Shown here: piece after piece, positions 12,550 to 22,955 of the stretch
Layout of the letters: each line of letters begins with the position of its first letter
Position numbering within the stretch: the first letter of the stretch is position 1
DNA from: Halocafeteria seosinensis
Lineage: Eukaryota
Direction of reading: 5' to 3'
Assembly: GCA_001687465.1 (NCBI GenBank)
Contig: LVLI01000263.1
Coordinates: 62,001 to 126,000, forward strand
DNA length: 64,000 nt
The notes under the pieces: generated by a model
Databases searched by the model: none
What the model was told of the DNA's origin: nothing
Seen by the model: the letters and a program-made list of their open reading frames with translations, nothing else
Made by a program: the position numbers and the translations under genes

Positions 12550-13640
12550 ATGGTACGTGAATCGAAGTATAAAGCCCGCCTTCCGCTGGGTGTCTCACTG
12601 TGGGAACTACAAAAACAGGCAGGGTACAGCGCATAGGGGGGGTATAGGGGAGTTGAGCGCTTGGGGGGACCGGGGAAAAGGACTGACAGCCATTGCCTCC
12701 TATTGCCTGGTGTATTTTGCGTTATTGTACCTAGATGAACTTGTGTGGAACCACACGTTTACGTGAAAATGAATGGTATTCTTACAGGGTATTGATTTGG
12801 AGCATGGTGGCCGCCGTGTTGGCCATAAGCAGCGCAAAGCGCCAGCCAGCCAAAACATCTACATCAAGCTCTTGGTGAAGGTAAGCCACTCTCTGGACAA
12901 AGACGCTCCGTATGACAAAGATTACAAATGTTGTGCGGTTTCCTATGTGTTTTACAGCTTTATAGATTTTTGGCTCGCCGAACCAATGCCAACTTTAACA
13001 AGGTCGTGTTGAGACGCTTGATGCTGAGCCGGACCAACAAGCCCCCTATGGGTCTTGCTCGAGTAGCTCGTTATATGAAAGGCAAAGAAGACAAGATCTG
13101 CGTCATTGTAGGAACTGTCACCGACGATGTTAGACTACAAGGAATGGAGTTCCCTAAGCTGCGCGTGTGTGCTCTCCGCGTGACAGAAGGAGCTCGTGCA
13201 AGAATCGAAAAGGCTGGAGGAGAAGTAATAACCTTCGACCAACTGGCTATGCTTGCCCCGACTGGTGCTAACACTGTATTGCTTCGTGGACGTCGCACGG
13301 CTCGTAAAGCTAACAAGCACTTTGGTACTCCTGGTCAGCCTGGAAGTAAAACAAGGTATGTGTTATGCATTTTTTTTCGCTTTTGTGCTTGTGTGGGCTT
13401 GTGCGTGACCAACCGTCGGTTGTGGAAATCTCTGTTGCGTCTCGGGCAACAAATTTCTTTGCTACCCACACTCTTCGGGGTGTTGGCTGCATGCAAGTCG
13501 TTCTTCGGCGTTATTGAGCATGCAAATGGCAAATCACATCTTTGTGTAAAATCTCTCCTTGCAGGCCGTTCGTTCGCGCAAAAGGCAGAAAGTTTGAAAA
13601 AGCCAGAGGACGCCGTAAAAGCCGCGGTTTCAAGGTTTAA
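12550..13640 (+). CDS. RPL18: 60S ribosomal protein L18 (eL18), 4 exons
   Basis: ATG|intron, then GIDL...[20 protein letters not shown]...[15 protein letters not shown]...ITFDQLA...|[28 protein letters not shown]. Introns 12553-12787, 12881-12957, 13356-13564. Confidence 0.97.
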
Positions 13641-13756
13641 AGGATTCGTGAATGCAAACCTTTATTTGAAAGTATCATATTTGGTCGTGCGGACACTCAA
13701 GTGGAAAAATATACAGCTTTGCCACATGTGGCTTCCATTCATGTTACATTGTATCT

Positions 13757-14423
13757 TTAGTTCTTCTCAAGCGTTTTGTCGAAGTCATACATCCTCTGAA
13801 GGACTTCGGCCCTGCTCGTCTCTAATACCTCTCCTCCTACAATATATTCATCTAAAATGGCATAAACCTGCATCAACAGCGAGACGGTGTAGCACCAGAA
13901 AGAAAGGGTGACGGCTGTCCGTCCTTCACCTTACCTTGTTGAAATTGAAAACTAAATCCAGTTCGCACACGTTCCCAAAATAATTGTCCAAAATCTCCAC
14001 GAATAAATGGATGTTTTCGAGGATGGCAAGTTCGTTGTCTGTCGTTTCGACACACATAATAAAGTATAGCCCCGCATATCTCCTGTAGATGAGCTTGTAC
14101 ATCTTGTACTGCGCGTGCCAAGTGGGCCAGAGAAACAGCAGTTACCTAATCATAACCCAATCCTACGAAAGGGCAACTTCCGTACCTCGATGAAGTTTGT
14201 AAACTTTGAATCACGGGATGTTGTCAAGCGGTAGACCTCCCCTTCAATTTTTCGCTTTTCTTCCTCTGGCACATCCACATACCATTTGCTGAGGCGAGTC
14301 TTCCCCTGCCGATTCTGGAGGAGGAAAAACCTTATCTGCACACACAATCGCAATGAACAGAACGTAAAGGATCCAGTGAATGTGAATATGCAGCTGCCGA
14401 GGCATTGCTGAAAGACCTACCAT
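13757..14423 (-). CDS. AP2S1: AP-2 complex sigma subunit, 4 exons
   Basis: [20 protein letters not shown]...SKFTNFIE|..[10 protein letters not shown]...[41 protein letters not shown]. Confidence 0.93.
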
Positions 14424-14800
14424 CGTTCTCGAGCTACACACGGCCTTCCACGGAAACTCAGTGCACAGAGAGGAAACAAACGCACGACTTTGGAGGTACT
14501 AAAAAGATGAGCAGTATGAGGGGCGCATTCATGCAATGCAAATATCACGGTCCTTTATAACCCAAAGTCTTACGCGACGCGTCTAGTACCCGCAATGCGT
14601 GGACAGCACAGGGCAGTGCGGAAACGCAGTTGCCAGCGGATGAATTTCAACATACGTCGTACGAGAATGAAGTAGTGTTTAACGTAATAAGTGCTTTTAT
14701 CGTTGATCGCTACGGGTACATGCTGTCAATAGGGGCTACAAGTAGCCTACAAGTTGTACAACATACACAACGCTGTAGCAACTCAGGGATAGCAAAAACA

Positions 14801-16573
14801 CTATTTGAAAGCTTTCTCGCATACAGAGCGAATGGGCTCGAAGCATGGCTTGTGGAGGCGGTAAAACAAAGTTTCAATCGGACTCACTTCTACACCATCC
14901 TTCAAGACTCCATCTTCGAGGAAGTCTTTTAAGACTTGCTGAGAAAATCCGCTCATTATGGACACACCCCGCTCAGCGGCATCAGCTTGAAAATTGGGAG
15001 TGCCAGTTGCTCGCAAGTTCCAAAAGACAATATGTGGAGCCTTTGAATATCCTGCCCTTTTAAATCTCTCTTTGATTTCAACTCCCATGACGGAGCTATT
15101 TCTATCGGCTTGGTCAAACTGCATATCACTGAAAACAAACAGAGTTTCTGGAAGATCTTCCTCTGGAATCCCCTCCTGAACTGCCTTGTTTAAAATTGCG
15201 TCCATAGCTTCAGAAAAATTTGTTGATCCTCCCCACGGTAGCCCTCTCGTCTTTCGCACCGCACTGTGTAACGTAGTGCACTCGGCGATGGAATGTAGTT
15301 GTGGATGTGTATCAAAGTTTAACATGAGACCATGCCAAGGCCCTGGCAAGAGTTGCGCCATTAGGATACCCAATGCAGTCGCCACGTTCATCGGAGTTCC
15401 ATTCATGCTTGCAGAGACGTCTACCATAGGAATACCCGGCTTAAATTCGCTGTTGGAAACTAGTTTCGATTTCAGCTCTGCCCACATGGCCTCTAAAAGA
15501 TCGTCTCCCTCCTCATGCATGTTGTTTCGGTGACATTGCTCGACAATCGCATGTGGCTGATTTGCAGATCCTTTGATTTTCTTCGTCTTTTTATCCGAAA
15601 GTGAGTTCATAATAGCTTCTTCGTAGCGCTTAGCACATTTAATCCGATCGTCGTCGTTAGGGCGCCTTACGTCTGTTGCATATCTGTCACGTTTCCGCGC
15701 TGCCCGAACTTGACGGGGAAGCAAGCGGTTCTGCAACGCGTAGCGGTTTTTTAGGTTGCACACCGAAGCGACATGCTCGGGTTCGATCTCAGCCCATTTT
15801 CCATCCGCCATTTTCCTCTCGGTTACCTCAGATGCTTTCCGGAGTTTGGATAGCAAAAGCCTATATTTCGTTTGTCTCCACTTGTGATATTGCGGTGTCT
15901 TTGTAGCAGCTGGAGGGTAAATCAACTCAGAAAGGGCAACTCCCATCCCCGCTTTCTTGTCGTACATGCATCGTAGAGTTGGTGCCCATTTCGAAGCAAG
16001 AGAAATACCTTTTTTCGTGGAGCCATCTGCAATTTTTTCATCCTCAAGTAATTGGCTTCGATAGAGTTCGAGGATGGCGGTCCCGAGAGCCTGCAGACTT
16101 TCCTTGTTTTTGGATATCCGAAGATCGTCCTGCACTTGAGCGTATATCTGGTTCAGTGATCTCCAAGAGGCATATTCCGGTATCAAAGGCAAAAGTTCTA
16201 CACAAACTTCGGGCCAAAGGCTATGGAGCTTCAGGAAGAACCAAACAAACAGTGTACGCTCTCCGCGTCCTTCTCTCGTTGCCCCAATTTCGAAGCAGAG
16301 TACACACAGGTCTATGGCTTGTTCCCTTGCGGGATATGCTCCAAGTTGCTGAGCTTCATTTAAAGCGGCATCGACAAGGTCTTGAATCCTGGTTCGACTC
16401 GTCCCTCCCACCAGAGTGGTTGACCCTTTGCCGGCGGTTCGAGGGCCTACCGCTTCACCACTAATGGACACCAGAGTTCCTCCCCTTTGTCCCATATCCA
16501 ATAATCTTTGAGACAACTCCTCGGTGGAGTAGGCAGGAGCCCCCTTCTCGGTAGTTGTTTGTGCTTCGGCCAT
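14801..16573 (-). CDS. DUF2828-family protein with C-terminal VWA (MIDAS) domain, intronless
   Basis: Family-typical motifs GRGER, SLASKWAP, VTERKM...W..I....V.S, VDVSASM, WGGSTNF, FVFSDMQFDQA, IVFWNL, MSGFS. Confidence 0.85.
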   Translation of the reverse strand: MAEAQTTTEKGAPAYSTEELSQRLLDMGQRGGTLVSISGEAVGPRTAGKGSTTLVGGTSRTRIQDLVDAALNEAQQLGAYPAREQAIDLCVLCFEIGATREGRGERTLFVWFFLKLHSLWPEVCVELLPLIPEYASWRSLNQIYAQVQDDLRISKNKESLQALGTAILELYRSQLLEDEKIADGSTKKGISLASKWAPTLRCMYDKKAGMGVALSELIYPPAATKTPQYHKWRQTKYRLLLSKLRKASEVTERKMADGKWAEIEPEHVASVCNLKNRYALQNRLLPRQVRAARKRDRYATDVRRPNDDDRIKCAKRYEEAIMNSLSDKKTKKIKGSANQPHAIVEQCHRNNMHEEGDDLLEAMWAELKSKLVSNSEFKPGIPMVDVSASMNGTPMNVATALGILMAQLLPGPWHGLMLNFDTHPQLHSIAECTTLHSAVRKTRGLPWGGSTNFSEAMDAILNKAVQEGIPEEDLPETLFVFSDMQFDQADRNSSVMGVEIKERFKRAGYSKAPHIVFWNLRATGTPNFQADAAERGVSIMSGFSQQVLKDFLEDGVLKDGVEVSPIETLFYRLHKPCFEPIRSVCEKAFK

Positions 16574-16594
16574 TGTTGCAATGTGGGAAAAAAA

Positions 16595-16612
16595 TGTGAA
16601 AAATTTTTCACA
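16595..16612. promoter_or_regulatory. Perfect 18-bp palindrome just upstream of the DUF2828 start codon
   Basis: TGTGAAAAATTTTTCACA is its own reverse complement; function unknown. Confidence 0.35.
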
Positions 16613-17069
16613 CGACAAAGAGTCAGAAGTGAGTATCTTCCGTTTCCCAAGATACCCAAGAGAGGCTCTAAATAAGGCACCCGTGAGACAAAGGTAAACA
16701 ACCCCAAAAAAGCAAGCAGCGAATCCCAGACAATTCAGGAATTATCAAACAAAACTTGGATGCTTCGGCCAATGAAGCGCAAACTTTGCTCCGCTTGTGA
16801 GATTGGGTGTGAACCTCGCTGTGAAGCGCTGCGAACTAGCCCAACTTCAACTGCCCATCGGGGGTGATTTCGCTTCCTTTGGTCTGCAAGAGTCCTGTAT
16901 GTGTTAGTGTCGACGCGATGCGCATGAGGTTGTCCAGTGTAATTGTAGAAGAAACGGTTCCACATCCTTTGGCATATATATTAAGTAGTATAGCAGTACT
17001 GGATCGGGGACATCCGAGGAAAAAAAGAACAAAATTCCTTCTGTTGGACTAGCTGACGGAAGAAACACA

Positions 17070-17901
17070 ATGATGCGATCCATGACTAACAAAGGGTTAA
17101 TGGCAGCAATAGGCTGCCTTCTTGTGGTTACTCTGTTTGTGTCTCCTTGCGTTGAGGCGAAATCGAGGGACCCCAAACACTGCGAAGGTAAGGCTTTGTT
17201 TCGAAACAACACGTGTCTCATTTATTGGCCCCCAACGACGGGAGAAGTGACAGATAGTGATGCTGAAACCGAAGAGGGGGCAGGATATTTGTCTACTGGC
17301 CCTTATGCGCTGTTCTCCATCGCAACTGAGGGATAAGTTTAAATGGCTGTTCGTTCTGCAGTTTGCAAAAAGGTTTTAGCGGATATCAGTGACCGTGCCG
17401 AAAACTCGAAAGATCATGAAAGTATTGAAAATACAATAAAGAGGTATTGTGATGGTACTAAGAAAGAATCCCGGGAAAAGAAACTGGTAAGCTCTTGCAA
17501 ACTTGGAGGACGAAGCGAACGCTGATGGACGGCACTTTGTTTTGCGTGGTCTTCCAGTGCTACTACATCGAGCCTGTACAACGAGAAGTTTCCAAACCTC
17601 TCTCAATGGGAGTGCCTGTCGAGCGGGTTTGCGAGAAAATCTCCAAACGCACCCCTGAGGTGTGTGAATTACGTTTCCGTAAGTAGTCCGACCAACTCAC
17701 TCAAGCCAAGCTAACTACTCATTTTGAACCCCCGAATATGCAGCGGAGAAAATTGACTTAAAGAATACTGACTTTTCCAAGCTGAGAGTTAAGCAACTCA
17801 AATCCATCCTGTCAGAGCATGGAGTGACGTGCGATGGATGCATCGAGAAAGACGATTTCGTTCGAAAGGCCCGTGAGCTGGCTGGGAAAAGCGAATTGTA
17901 A
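17070..17901 (+). CDS. MANF: MANF/ARMET-like ER protein, 4 exons
   Basis: Signal peptide; saposin-like Cys pattern CE|VC...YC...L|CYYI...VCEKI....PEVCELRF; SAP-like KLRVKQLKSIL...CDGCIEK; KDEL-like terminus KSEL. Confidence 0.88.
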
Positions 17902-18748
17902 AAGAGGGCAGTGGGCATAGAGTGTGTTTTCTCATGAATATGTCACAGTTCGATATGTTTTATGTTGATTTCACAACTATATACTTATTGGTTTGTTGCT
18001 AAACGCAATGAAAACAGTTTTCGTGGCACTGCTTGCTCCACCATTTGTAGACAACTTGTAGCGTGCCGGGTGACAATACCAGATTTTTGTATGTGTCCGG
18101 TGTTGTGTTTTTGCGGTGGGAAATGTTTACGCATTGGAACAATGGAGAAAAGCTGTTTCAACAAGAATTTTAAAGAATCTTGAAGTCGGCCGGCTGAGCG
18201 GGATCTGAGACTCCTTGTTTCCGACTTCAACGGGTATTTGTCGCTCCCAACGGGGTTCTATGTCAGTTGTGATTTTTGTCTAGATTCGTTAGCACCTTTA
18301 GTGACCGTAATTATTTCCAGAATTCCTCTATAAGTGCACCTGTACCTCCAAAGCAGACATTTTCCCTTGTTTTTCGGCATCCGCTGTTTGCTCGTGTGCC
18401 TTCAAGCCGCCGGAGATCTCGGTCTTTCCGGACAAAAAATTGTCGTACTTGAGGCATAAAGCTAAATATGATGTGTAGTATGCTGTAGAAACATACACGG
18501 AGTGTGTAGTGTTTCGATCTTTTTGCTGTATCGCGCGTCGCTTAGCCAGTGTCTGCGTTGGACGATCCTGCCACAGTGTTTCAAACGTGAGTCTCTAATC
18601 GACATTATTGGTGGAAGAATCTATTTACTGGAAGTCGTGCGGTGGATTCAGAGTTTGCTCAGTAGAATGCTATTCTATAGGCTTGCTATAGTATAGCATA
18701 TACTTAACGGTATCGACACGCGCAAGCCGCTTATCTCCGACGTTCAAC

Positions 18749-19543
18749 ATGTCTCGGCAACATTCGCCATGCTTTGACATTGATGATGAAAGTGATACAT
18801 TTCTCTCCGGAGATGTACTGAATAAGAGCATCGACAACGATACGAGCGAAGACGACACGGCCGGCAGCACTGGAATCGGAACAAGGACCCGGGTGAATGG
18901 CATCGTTGGGTCTCCTTCAACCAATTCTCTGGCATCGTCATGTTCAACTGCCACTCGGCAACACCGCCCTGGATCCGTCCTTGACGAAAAGGGATTTCGT
19001 CTTCGCGCTGGCTGCATCGCCTTGAAATATTGGGGATCGGATACTCGGCTTCTGCTGACCGCTAGCACGCGACACAAGGGGCAATGGGTATTACCCGCAG
19101 GTGGTGTGGAGAAGGGGGAGTCAAGCAGACAAGCAGCCATAAGAGAAGCTCAAGAAGAAGGTAAGGATCATAAAATTTCAATGAGTGTGACAACGTTATC
19201 AAAGCTGCGCTACTTTTTCTACAGCTGGCGTGGACTGCGATGAACTGGAGTACCTTGGCGATTTTGATGATGAACGTAAGCGATGTTGACAGTAGATTTC
19301 GGTCGTCTCACTACCTTGCATTTTATTTTATTCTGTTTCACAGTAAAACAAACACGAACAAGTATGTGGATCGGAATCGCAGGGGACATTACGAAGAACG
19401 TAGAGGGTAGAAACGTTGCGTGGTTTTCCCTTGAGGAAGCGGGTAGGCTGTACACTACGAAGCTCTGGCAGCAGCGAGCAATAGCAGCAGCCAAGAAGCT
19501 ATTGATTGATAAATATGGTCTCGTTGAAGGCCTAGGTGGCTAG
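18749..19543 (+). CDS. Nudix hydrolase, diphosphoinositol-polyphosphate phosphohydrolase (DIPP/NUDT3-like), 3 exons
   Basis: GFRLRAGCI...QWVLPAGGVEKGESSRQAAIREAQEE|AGV Nudix box; GR..AWFSLEEA. Confidence 0.85.
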
Positions 19544-19557
19544 AACAGTTGGAATAT

Positions 19558-20770
19558 CTATGCATTCTCCCTCGAAGTAGGTGGTTGGAAATACTCCCCA
19601 TCAAAATAGTATCCTCGTCCTCCGACAGGCTGTTTTGATGTTTCGCGAGGATATCTTGTGTGATCTGCATGTGACACCTTGTCTAGATACTCTGCACTTC
19701 TCCCTCCAACTTCTTGATATCTCGGTGTGGTTGATTGACTTCTTTCAGGAGAAGACATTCCAGATCCGGATTTTGCTTCTTCCAGCAGCGCCGCACGATA
19801 CTGAGCTTCTGCAAGGGAAGACTCATAGTCATGGGATCCAGGAGGCACCGCCGTGTCTGTGGTTCGGACGTGTGGAACAAAAATGGGTAGTTACTTCAAT
19901 ACAAAATTGGTGGTGCACGTACCTAATTGTATAGTTGTGTTTCCTCCTCCCGGAGATTGTAGTTGACGTACTGTCCGCTGCCTCTCCTTTGCTTTAGTTC
20001 CTGCAGCTTGAGCCCGCGCCGCGTATTCGGATAGTGTGGGGTCATACGCCTCACGTCGCTGAGCTTCTTGAATGGACTCATTATACATAACACGCTCTCC
20101 CCATAAATCGTTAACGTGATCCTCGCCACCAATGTCTTTCTGCTTCCTGACTAGCGCTCTTCCTCCGTAGAATCGCGTATGTGAGTCGTTGACTGGATTC
20201 CCGTACCGATAATTGATAATCGGCTGCCGTGCATAAATCGGACTCGTAGGGGGGCTACGTTCGGCCTGCGGTCGACAAATGCATTTCTCCAGTAGGACAT
20301 ATATGTCACATGATGGCACATGGCCCCACGAGACTTACGGGAGGAGGGTAATCTGCATCCTGGGAGATACTGAAGCTCGTTGGTCCGCCAGGGGAGGCTA
20401 CAGTGCGGTGTAAAGGCCGATTCTCTCGTTCCAACTTTTGAGCTGTGGGGACACCTGCGGCCTCTTGCCTTTGTGGAGACGTGGGCACGGAATCATTTCT
20501 CCTAGTCATTGGTTCTCCAAGGGATGGATGACCTGAAGTCGTAACAAGTATGTATGATGCGTTGTCGGAAAGATCGTATCGAATTCCGTTGTTACCTAAT
20601 TGGATGGTTTCTTGTATTGGAGGTGAAATATGCTTCCTTTGTGAAACTCTTCGAGTGGGCGAAAATACTCTGGTATCTCTAAATGCACCACTAGAGCTGG
20701 TATCCCATCTTCCCTCTGCAGTGATAATAGATAGGTGTGCTAAATGCGAGTCGAATCTTTGACGCGCCAT
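19558..20770 (-). CDS. Disordered Pro/Ser-rich protein with two PGG motifs (Jupiter/SPIRAL1-like candidate), about 4 exons
   Basis: ORFs 20306-20827, 19891-20319 and 19558-19848 join through phase-compatible GT-AG introns; motifs SPGGPTSFSI and SPGGGNTTIQL. The start codon is uncertain. Confidence 0.6.
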
Positions 20771-21195
20771 TTTTTCTTTACGACTGATGTTTCTCCCAAA
20801 CAAGAAGAATGGTGCATCAATGTACACGTACCTTCGTTCGTCCGAGTGCTCATTGTATAACGCGAAGAGAGGGCTAATGTGGCTATTCAGCAGGATAAGA
20901 CGGTATAATTACTGTTTGTAGTCCGTTGGTGTTTGGGAGGGGTTCCAAACGTTTAACAGTGCGCAAGTATTGACTCGAACACACCCAAATTGGGGATATG
21001 AACGCTTCAGCTACCTTGTGGGCTGCAGGAGAGTCATCGTGCTCCCTATCAACTCTAACACAGTCACTGTTCTACAAGATGCCTTGCAGCGTGGAAGACG
21101 TCGTGCTCAATTTCAACATTATGCATTCACAAGTTTCGAATAACGGTACGGATGGTGCGGAATCTTGCATAGAAGAATTGTGGAAATAGTGTTCA

Positions 21196-22955
21196 TTAGT
21201 CTACTTCTTCAGCAATCGCCATACTGTGGTCTGCACCTGCTGCAACCTGTTTCACTCTCAATGCACTAAGACGGCGAACTTCGACAGGGTCAGCGCGATA
21301 AGCTGCGATACTCTCGATGTTGCCTTCGCGTCCCAATTGGCCATTTCTTCCACGTCCAATGGCAAGCACCCGGTTTTCTTCGGTAATATAGAGGATATGG
21401 CCGCCTCCAACTGCACAGTCGACAATCCTTTCCGATCGGAGATTATGGACAAGCTTCGGTAGTCCAACATTGTTGCGATCCCCATGTCCAAGTTGGGCCT
21501 GTTGATCGTAGAGTAGATGATGACTTGCAGAGTACTATGCAATTTGTTTTTGTTACCAACTTACATCGAAACCATATCCCCAGGTGTACACTGCGCCATC
21601 AGCGGATATAGCCACTGATGTGTTTCCTCCAGCGCGAATCTGAAAAAAACACTAAGCAACTGCAATTGTCTAACTATCCTATAACAGAAAACAACTCTGC
21701 TTTTCCTACCTTGTCAATCTTTACAGAGCCCAGATTCTTAACTTCCACAGGGGAGCGTTCATACCGCCTCCGAAACCCTTGGCCACACTGTCCATCATCA
21801 TCATCCCCGAAGACGTACACCTGCGTTTCAATTAAACATATGCATAGGTATTCCGTTGCTGACAACTCCTTGACCACAGTACACACTTTGCCATCTTCTA
21901 AAAGCACTAAGGTATGCTCGCCTCCGGCACTAATCTCCCTGGCCTTCTTCCCACCGAAGTCGATCTTAGTCGGGGACTTGACATTGGAGGTAGTACCTTG
22001 CCCACACTGGCCTTCATATTGCTGCCCAAATGCATACACTTCGCCCTCCGAAGTTAACGCGACAGTATGCGCTCGTCCACAAGAGACAGCGACAATCCTC
22101 TTGTCCTTGAGCTCCTCCACAACACCAGGAACACCAGGTTCAGCGTCTCTGAAAAAATGGAACGCAGTACCAATCATCATAAGTCCCTGTATTTTAGTGA
22201 AAACTTACTTTCGGCCTACCGCTCCTACGCGACACATTCTTCGTCCGCCGAAGGTCCACAGTTTACCATCTTCCGTAATAGCAGCCATATGAGTCTGCCC
22301 CACTGCCGCTCTAACCACTCTCCCCTGCAGCATTGAGTAGCTACCATGAAAAGAAGGAGTGGTATTTTTACCAGTCTCCTTGTGTCACCTACTTCAATTC
22401 CCTCCACCACGCGCGGTGTATCCTGGTTCGGAGCATCTATAGCTTCTCCAAATCCTAGTCTCGAGTCCCGTCCGCATCCAAACGTTAGCAACTCACCCTG
22501 AGTACGAATACATAGAGAAACTCCGTAAACATTGCGCGCGAATTGTACACCAAGGAATTCAAATATCATACATCTCGAGAAACAGCAGCAGAACTGATAG
22601 CATTTCCACCGGACACAATGTACTGCACATCCGAGTCCTGCAAGAACTGTATCCTACGAGGGGCTGTTTCGTCCTTTTCGGTGCCATGTCCGAGTTGTCC
22701 GAAAAGTCCGTACCCCCATGAGTAGACTTGGTTATTTCCTCGTTCCTCCTTCTGCCTGGAGAACATCAGCCCCGCCATCAAGGTTCCTGATATCCCTGCC
22801 GCAGCCGAAGAAGTTCCACTACTGCTACCATTGGAACCTCCACTGTTGAAAGCCGTCGTTATGAGACGCTGGTGTGTTCCATTTGTGTGTTGAAAGGCAG
22901 ATGAACGAGGAAGTGCCCTGAAGCACGTGTGCACAGTTCGCGCTGCCCTAAACAT
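21196..22955 (-). CDS. RCC1-repeat beta-propeller protein with mitochondrial-type presequence (multi-exon)
   Basis: Repeats VYSWGYGLFGQLGHG, VSCGRAHTVALT..GEVYAFG..EGQCGQG, ISAGGEHTL, GRNGQLG, VAAGADHSMAI; N-terminus MFRAARTVHTCFRALPRSS. Confidence 0.85.

Noticed and set aside
18180..18270. Possible TPP riboswitch (CTGAGA motif in a hairpin)
   Set aside because: The downstream conserved GAACCTGA..(G)TAGGGA elements are absent.
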